Assembly (NCBI GenBank): GCA_002104905.1
Contig: MCFE01000013.1
Span: 62,001 to 126,000 of the forward strand
Length of the DNA: 64,000 nt
Origin: Basidiobolus meristosporus CBS 931.73
Taxonomy: Eukaryota > Fungi > Basidiobolomycota
Reading direction: 5' to 3'
Shown: piece by piece, positions 53,117 to 64,000 of the stretch
Numbering within the stretch: the first letter of the stretch is position 1
How the letters are laid out: the number at the start of each line of letters is the position of its first letter
Notes under the pieces: generated by a model
The model's input: the letters and a program-made list of their open reading frames with translations, nothing else
Told to the model about the DNA's origin: nothing
Databases searched by the model: none
Program-made: the position numbers and the translations under genes

Positions 53117-53148
53117 AGGAAGCTTGCAATTAAGAAAGGTAATCTATA

Positions 53149-54201
53149 ATGTCTATTCAACTCCCAAAGACTCAGTTGGCAGCTTGCATAATAGCCCCCA
53201 AAGGCCCTCTAAAAATTGACTATATTGCAGTACCTCAACCAGGTCCTGAGGAAGTACTCATCAAGCTTGAATATTCTGGTGTCTGTCACACTGATGTTCA
53301 TATAGCTGAAGGTGAGCTAATGGTGCTTCAGGAGTTTCCTCGAGTCGGTGGTCATGAAGGCACCGGGAAGGTGATATCTGTTGGAGAAAGGGTAAGTGGC
53401 GTTCGAATTGGGGATAGGGTAGGGATTTCATGGCTTTCCTCCACTTGCATGAACTGTGAGGATTGTTTCCAAGGCAATGAAACTGTGTGCACTCAACAGA
53501 AGAACTCTGGATGCACGGTTGATGGAAGTTTCCAGGAATATTGTGTTGCTCGTGCTACTCATATTGCTCGTATTCCGGATAGTCTTCCCCTAGCTGATGC
53601 AGCTCCTATACTCTGTGCAGGTATTACTGTCTATAAAGGCCTCAAAGAGAGTAAAGTTCGCGCTGGGCAATTTGTCGCAATTGTTGGTGCAGGTGGAGGA
53701 CTTGGTCACCTGGCTGTCCAGTATGCCAAGGCAATGGGTATGCGAGTCATCGCTGTAGATACTGGTGATGAGAAACGCAACTTGTGTACACAAATTGGTG
53801 CCGAGTACTTCATCGACTTCAAGAAAGAAAATGTCATCCAGGAGGTTCAGAAAATAACGACTTCGGGAGCCCACGGAGTCATAGTTCTCTCAACAGCTGA
53901 CAAATCCTATCAAGACTCGGTGAAGTATACACGTCGCTGTGGCAGTGTTATATGTATAGGTGTTATTCGAGGTGGTCTTGGAGTATTCCCTATTGCTGAG
54001 CTTGTAGCCAAAAGAATCACCATCCGTGGTTCACTCATAGGGAACCGACAGGAGATGGCGGAAGCATTGGGTATTGCTGCTAGTGGAAAGATCAAGTGTC
54101 ATTACAAAGAGATGAAGTTGTCAGAGATCGCCCAAGCGTTTGAGGAACTTAAGAATGGAGCGGTTGCTGGCCGTATTGTTCTGAATTTAAGTCAGTCGTA
54201 A
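53149..54201 (+). CDS. Zinc-dependent medium-chain alcohol dehydrogenase (ADH-a, divergent paralog), intronless
   Basis: GVCHTD, GGHEG, structural-zinc CxxCxxCx7C, PILCAG, GAGGGLG, and Asp at AVDTG (NAD-type). Confidence 0.95.
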   Translation: MSIQLPKTQLAACIIAPKGPLKIDYIAVPQPGPEEVLIKLEYSGVCHTDVHIAEGELMVLQEFPRVGGHEGTGKVISVGERVSGVRIGDRVGISWLSSTCMNCEDCFQGNETVCTQQKNSGCTVDGSFQEYCVARATHIARIPDSLPLADAAPILCAGITVYKGLKESKVRAGQFVAIVGAGGGLGHLAVQYAKAMGMRVIAVDTGDEKRNLCTQIGAEYFIDFKKENVIQEVQKITTSGAHGVIVLSTADKSYQDSVKYTRRCGSVICIGVIRGGLGVFPIAELVAKRITIRGSLIGNRQEMAEALGIAASGKIKCHYKEMKLSEIAQAFEELKNGAVAGRIVLNLSQS

Positions 54202-54629
54202 TTCTCATGGAGGGGCAATAAAACATACCAAATCAATTTCTGAGGCATACCGTAAGACGTCATTCTAGCTCGATCCCAGTCTAGACAAGCAGTGTGAAAG
54301 TTTCAATCAGTAGTACAAACATACTGGTTTGATTTTAGACCTAATTCAGATATACATCTCGACTGTCATTTATAAGCCACCCAAATCGCAAAGAAAACAA
54401 ATGTTTATGGGATGGCAGTTGTGATTGATAGTCACACTGACCCAGAATTTTCAGATTATGTACAGTGGACAATGCTGGGTGAATGTTGTTACCCCATTTC
54501 CCACGTACATTACCTGGATTGAATTGAATTTGAGATTACATTCGGATAAAATCCGAGATATGAGAAAGTACTCGAATCAAGATTCGGGAAAATGAGAATC
54601 TATGTGAACCAACACGCAAAGATAGCTAG

Positions 54630-54637
54630 TATATAAA
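54630..54637 (+). promoter_or_regulatory. TATA box of ADH-b
   Basis: TATATAAA about 55 bp upstream of the ATG at 54691. Confidence 0.6.
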
Positions 54638-54690
54638 TAGAAGGCCTCCAACTACCACTTGACCAAACAAACCAACAGTTGATACCAAAC

Positions 54691-55749
54691 ATGTCTGCTC
54701 AACAACTCCCCAAAACCCAAAAGGCAGCTGTCATTGAATCTCATGACAAACCAGTCGAAATCAAAGATATCCCTGTTCCTGAACCAGGCCCTGAAGATGT
54801 CCTGATCAAAATTGAATACTCCGGAGTCTGCCACACTGACCTTCACGCTGCCGAGGGTGATTGGCCTATCCCAACAAAGCTCCCATTAGTAGGCGGCCAC
54901 GAAGGTGCTGGAAAAGTGGTAGCTTTAGGGGAGAAGGTCAAGGGCTTCAAGATTGGTGATAGCGTTGGTGTTGTGTGGCTTCATTCCGCATGCTTGAGTT
55001 GTGAATACTGTATCGCAGGCCGGGAGACTGTATGTACTCAGCAACAAAATTCTGGTTACAGTGTCGATGGAAGTTTCCAAGAATACTGCGTAGCTCGCGC
55101 TTCTCACGTTGCTCGTATCCCAGATAATCTTCCCCTTGCTGAGGCCGCACCAATTCTTTGTGCAGGTGTCACTGTTTATAAGGGACTTAAGGAGACTGAA
55201 GTTCGTGCGGGTCAGTTTGTCACAGTTGTTGGGGCAGGTGGAGGCCTTGGACATTTGGCCGTTCAATATGCTAAGGCAATGGGTATGAATGTCATTGCTG
55301 TGGATACCGGGGATGATAAGAAGAACCTTTGCACTAAGGATTTGGGTGCTGACTTCTTCGTTGACTTCATGAAGGATGACGTTGTTGCTGAGGTGAAGAA
55401 AATCACTAATGGTGGATCTCATGGAGTTTTGCTCCTCTCTCCGGCCGAAAAACCTTTCCAACAGGCTGTCGATTATACACGTCGTTGGGGAACCGTTGCC
55501 TGTATTGCTCTTCCCGCGGGTGCCAAGGGCTCATTCCCCGTCTTTGATCTTGTTCTTCAACGTTTAACAATCCGTGGCTCCATTGTTGGCAATCGTCAAG
55601 ATTTGGCCGAGGCTCTGGAGTTTGCTGCAAACGGAAAAGTGAAATGCTATTATAAGACTTTGGGCTTGAAAGATCTTCCCCAAGTGTATAAGGATATGCA
55701 CGATGGTAAAATTGCTGGCCGTATTGTCCTTGATTTGCAACAGAACTAA
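54691..55749 (+). CDS. ADH1: Zinc/NAD alcohol dehydrogenase, Adh1-like (ADH-b), intronless
   Basis: MSAQQLPKTQKAAV, CHTDLHAAEGDWP, VGGHEGAG, APILCAGVTVYKGLK, GAGGGLG and IAGRIVLD. Confidence 0.95.
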   Translation: MSAQQLPKTQKAAVIESHDKPVEIKDIPVPEPGPEDVLIKIEYSGVCHTDLHAAEGDWPIPTKLPLVGGHEGAGKVVALGEKVKGFKIGDSVGVVWLHSACLSCEYCIAGRETVCTQQQNSGYSVDGSFQEYCVARASHVARIPDNLPLAEAAPILCAGVTVYKGLKETEVRAGQFVTVVGAGGGLGHLAVQYAKAMGMNVIAVDTGDDKKNLCTKDLGADFFVDFMKDDVVAEVKKITNGGSHGVLLLSPAEKPFQQAVDYTRRWGTVACIALPAGAKGSFPVFDLVLQRLTIRGSIVGNRQDLAEALEFAANGKVKCYYKTLGLKDLPQVYKDMHDGKIAGRIVLDLQQN

Positions 55750-55928
55750 TGACCTTCGTCTGTTGACTTTACGTTCTGTACATTACAGGACCAATTTTGT
55801 CGTTTTTTGACTCCATTAAACATTTAAAAACACATTACAGAATAGTGCTTTATTTTACAGGCTCTAAATGGAATGCCTACTTGAAATCGTGATCAACATG
55901 AAAATCTATTTAGCTATTAACAAGAATA

Positions 55929-57687
<1,759 letters not shown>

Positions 57688-57728
57688 TTACGCTACGATT
57701 TAACTGCTACCTAACGTTAATACCGAGT

Positions 57729-57735
57729 TTTTATA
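57729..57735 (-). promoter_or_regulatory. TATA box of PDC-A
   Basis: TATAAAA on the minus strand about 45 bp upstream of the ATG at 57684. Confidence 0.55.
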
Positions 57736-58747
57736 TCTTTTAAGTGGTTATACTTGTCTATAGACCTATCTAGAAGCCCGTCTAACACGATCCTAATATT
57801 TCCACATCTGAAATCTCATCATGAGGAATTATCCCAACTCGAAATCCGGCATATATGAATTAACGCAAATATGTGCAGCATTGTGATCATCGTATCACAC
57901 CTAACTTTCCAAAATATTTAGGCGTAGGGTTAGATCAGAGATCGATTGGGTTTCCATATATGGGCCTCTGCGAGTAGCATGCTCCTTCAGATTACTAAAT
58001 ATGCTTACACTTGAACGAAGTTTTCTGATGCCATGAATGAAATACCATGGTGCGATCAATAACCTCAAAATGCTGTCAGGCTACAAGATACAAACTGGTA
58101 AAATTATATACCCAGCTGTCTATTTTAATTTCAATGCTTCAGTAACACTAACCTACAATTTTAAACAACTATATTGATTGGTATGTCATTACTTAATTAA
58201 TCGCCAGTCACTGAGATAGACTTAAATGAAGATACTGTACCAGTAGTTCAGTCATTTCAACTCAATTGACGATATCAAACACGCATTGAGCCTAAAGCAT
58301 TGCACTTCAATATGCTAATGTTTGAAGTGACAAGTTCTAACCAGCTTCCAGGACTGACCAATTTCTCAGTTGTCTGGCCCATACTTCATATAAATATAAA
58401 ACACAACGCTTCCTCTTATCCGGGATATTCCGAAGAATAGTAGATAGCTTTCACTGTAAACACATCCAATTCATTTTCAAATACGGAATTCTTGGATTAA
58501 CCAAGCCATGGACCAGAGTGGGGCATAGTCCAGGCAATACCTCTATATGGGAGTAGATATAAGTGTGTCTCAGTGCTACCATATGTGATCGATTGGTGGA
58601 ATGCTGATCAAAAAGGGTCCTTTTGGGAAAAAATCCTAAATCAACACCTGGATTTGCTGAATTTGTTGGGAAGTTTACTTTAACCGGTCATTTAAACATC
58701 ATTGGCTGATTGAAATCACTGATAAAGATGTTGTGGAAATCCTGTAA

Positions 58748-58754
58748 TATAAAT
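58748..58754 (+). promoter_or_regulatory. TATA box of PDC-B
   Basis: TATAAAT about 55 bp upstream of the ATG at 58808. Confidence 0.55.
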
Positions 58755-58756
58755 AA

Positions 58757-60561
<1,805 letters not shown>

Positions 60562-61099
60562 ATTTGTTGTCAATATATATTTGGAGTGAATACCCATACA
60601 TATCTAATATAGACTCTGTATAATAAAACACAGTAAAATATCAATTCTTGAGGTAATTATATCATTATTGCTGAACATTGGAGCGACTTGGAAACCTGGA
60701 CTTGATCATTACGAACTTAGATTCGTATTCTATATAATATCCTACCAATTGCCAATTCGTACTCATTGCATGAATGGTGCTAATTGCTAGCCCGTAGAAT
60801 TTACATATTTGAATGGAGCAAAGAAATAGTATATGATAATTTAGGTAGTTGAATCAAAGGTTCTTGCACTGTTTGGGCTGCCACGTTGAAGGACCCGATA
60901 TTGGTGGCGACAAAATTTTTGGCTATCATTCGACTCATACTCAGATCTTAAAGATTGAGTAAATATGTACTAGGAACGAATTCATCACATATTTAGCAAT
61001 TGTAAATACACATGGAGCAGTGGGTACAAATATAGAAATCAGATGTCAAATATTTTTTCATTCAGAAGTAAATCGGGCTGAGCAGGAGTAGCAATAGAA

Positions 61100-61106
61100 T
61101 ATAAAT
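61100..61106 (+). promoter_or_regulatory. TATA box of PDC-C
   Basis: TATAAAT about 55 bp upstream of the ATG at 61159. Confidence 0.55.
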
Positions 61107-61158
61107 AAACGGGTGTTGCATAGCGCAATAGTCAGTGTGTTCCACTAATTCTTACAAA

Positions 61159-62917
61159 ATGGCTTCTAACATGCAAACTATGACCGTGAAGCAAGTACCT
61201 CATCCTTCGTTTGAAGGAGATCGGTATCGATGACTTGTTCTCCGTTCCCGGTGACTTCAACCTGGTCTTCCTTGGACCGTGTCCAAGACTCCGGCCTCAT
61301 CAACCTCATTGGTGACTGCAACGAGTTGAACGCTTCCTATGCTGCCGATGGTTATGCCAGAGTCAAGGGTGTTGGTGTAAGTAGCGAGCACTATTAATTA
61401 TGAAATGAAGTAGTAACGAGTGAGTACTAATGATATGATTTGCAATGAACAATAGGCCATCATCACTACCTTCGGTGTCGGTGAGCTCAGCTGCTGTCAA
61501 CGGTATTGCCGGTTCCTACTCCGAGATGGTTCCCGTTGTCAAGATCACTGGTACCCCCAACACCAAGTCCCAAGCTTCCGGAGCCCTCCTCCATCACACT
61601 CTTGGTAACGGAGACTTCCGTGCCTTCCAAAAGATGTTCAGCCACATCACCGTGACCAACACCACCTTGTTGCCTCACAACGCTGCTGCTGAGATCGACC
61701 GTGTATTGACTGAGTGTGTCCAAAAGGTCCGCCCTGTGTACATCTCTCTTCCCACTGATGTTGTCGATGCCGAGATCACTGTTGACATGAAGCCCTTGAA
61801 CCTTGCCCTTCCCGCTAACCCCGAGAAGACTGAGGCCGCTTGTGTCCGTGAGATTGTCAACGCTGTTGCCAAGGCAAAGAAGCCCATCATTGTTGCTGAT
61901 GCCTGTGCCATCCGTCACCACTGCGAAAAGGAGCTTCTTGAGCTGATCGAGAAGACCGGCTTGCCTTACTACACTACCCCCATGGGCAAGGCTGTCATTG
62001 GTGAAGACCATCCTCAGTTCCGCGGTATCTATGTTGGATCCCTCTCCAGCCCCAGAGTCAAGGAGGAGGTTGAGGGCGCTGACCTCATCCTCAGTGTTGG
62101 TGGCTTGAAGTCCGACTTCAACACCGGATCCTTCTCCTACCGCATGGACGCTGAGAAGACTGTCGAGATCCACTCTGACTACACTGATGTGTTCTACGGT
62201 ACCTACAAGGCTGTTGGTATGAAGTACTTGTTGCCTAAGCTTGCTGCTGCCATTCCCAAGCGCGAGGTCCAAAGCATCAACCTCCACGTCGAGCTCCCCA
62301 AGATCGACATGAAGGCCATGGTTCCTCAAGCCTGGTTCTGGAACAGAATGGGCAAGTTCTTCAAGCCTAACGACATTGTCCTTGCTGAGACCGGTACCTC
62401 CGTGTTCGGCTGCTTGAACTCTCACATGCCCGAGGGTGCCACCTTCATCTCCCAGATTCTCTGGGGTTCCATTGGTTACACCGTTGGTGGATGTCTTGGA
62501 GCTGCTGTTGCCGGACAAGAGCGTCGTGTTATCTTGTTTGTCGGTGATGGTTCCTTCCAGCTCACCTGCCAAGAAGTGTCGGTCATGATCCGTCTTGGTC
62601 TCCGCCCCATCATCTTCTTGTTGAACAACAACGGCTACACCATTGAGCGTTTGATCCACGGAGTCAAGCGTACCTACAATGACATTGACAACTGGGACTT
62701 CAGCAAGACCCTTGACTACTTCGGTGGTGCTGCTGGTCAAGACAAGATTGGATTCCAAGGCCGTGCCAACACTGCTGGTGAGTTTGAGCAAGTGTTGAAG
62801 AAGGTCGAGAGCCACGCCGACAAGATCAACTTTGTTGAGGTCATGATGGACTGGTTGGATGCCCCTGAGAACTTGGTCAAGCAAGCTGAAGCTTCTGCCG
62901 CTCTTAACCGCTCTTAG
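61159..62917 (+). CDS. PDC1: Pyruvate decarboxylase copy C; three apparent single-base insertions in the 5' part (about 61188, 61271, 61491)
   Basis: Near-identical to copies A and B from exon 2 onward. As written, exon 1 reaches TGA at 61231. Confidence 0.88.
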
Positions 62918-63759
62918 ATTCATATAAATTTCCCAAATTAGATTGTACATTAAGTGATTAATAAAACTATGTTAACACAAACTTATTATATTGAGTACAA
63001 GATGTTTGAGAGCCATAATGACCAGGCCTATTCTATCCAAGCAAAAATTTGTTGTTTACACTATCGTGGTCAATCTTGTCAAGAAGCAGTGGCCCATTTG
63101 AGCAGAGAATCGTTTTGTAATTGACAATTTGATTTGTGACTATAATCAATTGGATCTTTTAGAGCATTATTTTTGACGTAAGTGATTTAAACCTTACCCC
63201 AAGTAGTTGGTGTATTTGAAATTACAATATTTCTCATAAACATTCTCCGTAGCCACTGATCGATTGTTTCGTGTGTTTGAAACAGATTAATCGTATTATT
63301 AATTTCTTCAGCCAGTCGCTATTAATTATTATGTATGTCTATTTTTCACCTTTTGAAGGGTTTTGATTCTCCCAACTTGGTATTATCCTTGCTCAATTTT
63401 CTTAATGAAGTTATCAATTCGACAATTTCAATGTTGGCATCATGTCGGTTTCCCAATGGGCTAATAACAGCTGGACCAATGATCTTTGTTAAGGTATTCT
63501 AGAACAATTGCAATTGCAGTTTATCACACTACTGTCTACTAATAAAGCTCTATCATCGTCGATGAATAAAAGCAATTGGATTCATTCATTTTACGTGGTT
63601 GTGAGAATGCTAGTGAAAATCGGACCAGATAGTATCCATAAGGAAATCCCACTTGCGCATGTAGCATACTCTACATAATTGGTAGTCTTTCTGTATTAGG
63701 ACGCTTGCTTTGGTAGCAATCAGTTCTAGTGTATACGATATTATCGGGATGCTATGGTA

Positions 63760-63767
63760 TATATAAA
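63760..63767 (+). promoter_or_regulatory. TATA box of PDC-D
   Basis: TATATAAA about 60 bp upstream of the ATG at 63825. Confidence 0.55.
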
Positions 63768-63824
63768 GCGATCGAAATGCTACAAACATCATCAAACTAC
63801 TATTAGTTTTGTCCCACTACTAAG

Positions 63825-64000
63825 ATGGCTTCCAACATGCAAACTATGACTGTCAGCAAGTACCTCATCCTTCGTTTGAAGGAGATCGGTATCGATGACT
63901 TGTTCTCCGTTCCCGGTGACTTCAACTTGGTTTTCCTGGACCGTGTCCAAGACTCCGGCCTCATCAACCTCATTGGTGACTGCAACGAGTTGAACGCTTC
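63825..64000 (+). CDS. PDC1: Pyruvate decarboxylase copy D, 5' part only (runs off the window)
   Basis: [58 protein letters not shown], in frame. Confidence 0.92.
   Translation, partial: MASNMQTMTVSKYLILRLKEIGIDDLFSVPGDFNLVFLDRVQDSGLINLIGDCNELNA

Noticed and set aside
53149-55749. Possible bacterial origin of the intronless ADH genes
   Set aside because: The GAGGGLG and GD(D/E)K motifs are fungal-type, and several clearly native genes here (RPE1, RVB1, cyclin B, RML2) are also intronless. Only a phylogeny could reopen this.

Overview
A gene-dense, intron-containing eukaryotic window with GT-AG introns and fungal-type proteins. Genes not known from budding yeast (a BRCA1/BARD1-like RING-BRCT protein, ITFG2, SDF2, a MUB/UBL3-like protein) suggest an early-diverging fungus; this is inference, not a database match. 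Positions 1-51 kb hold about 24 mostly housekeeping genes (RSP5, POL31, NOT1, GPI14, RPE1, CCT2, QRSL1, cyclin B, RVB1, BUD31, RML2, SEC17 and others). They also hold a frameshifted PEX14-like gene, a tandem two-domain SCP2 and an aspartic-protease fragment with only one lobe. From about 52.7 kb to the window end lies a physical ethanol-fermentation locus: an ADH 3' remnant, two intact zinc alcohol dehydrogenases and at least four near-identical pyruvate decarboxylase copies. Each intact or near-intact gene has its own unrelated TATA-containing promoter, and the PDC coding regions look homogenised in a mosaic pattern. No rRNA, tRNA, CRISPR array or recognisable transposon ORF was found. Exon boundaries were read by eye, so starts and ends of multi-exon genes are best estimates.
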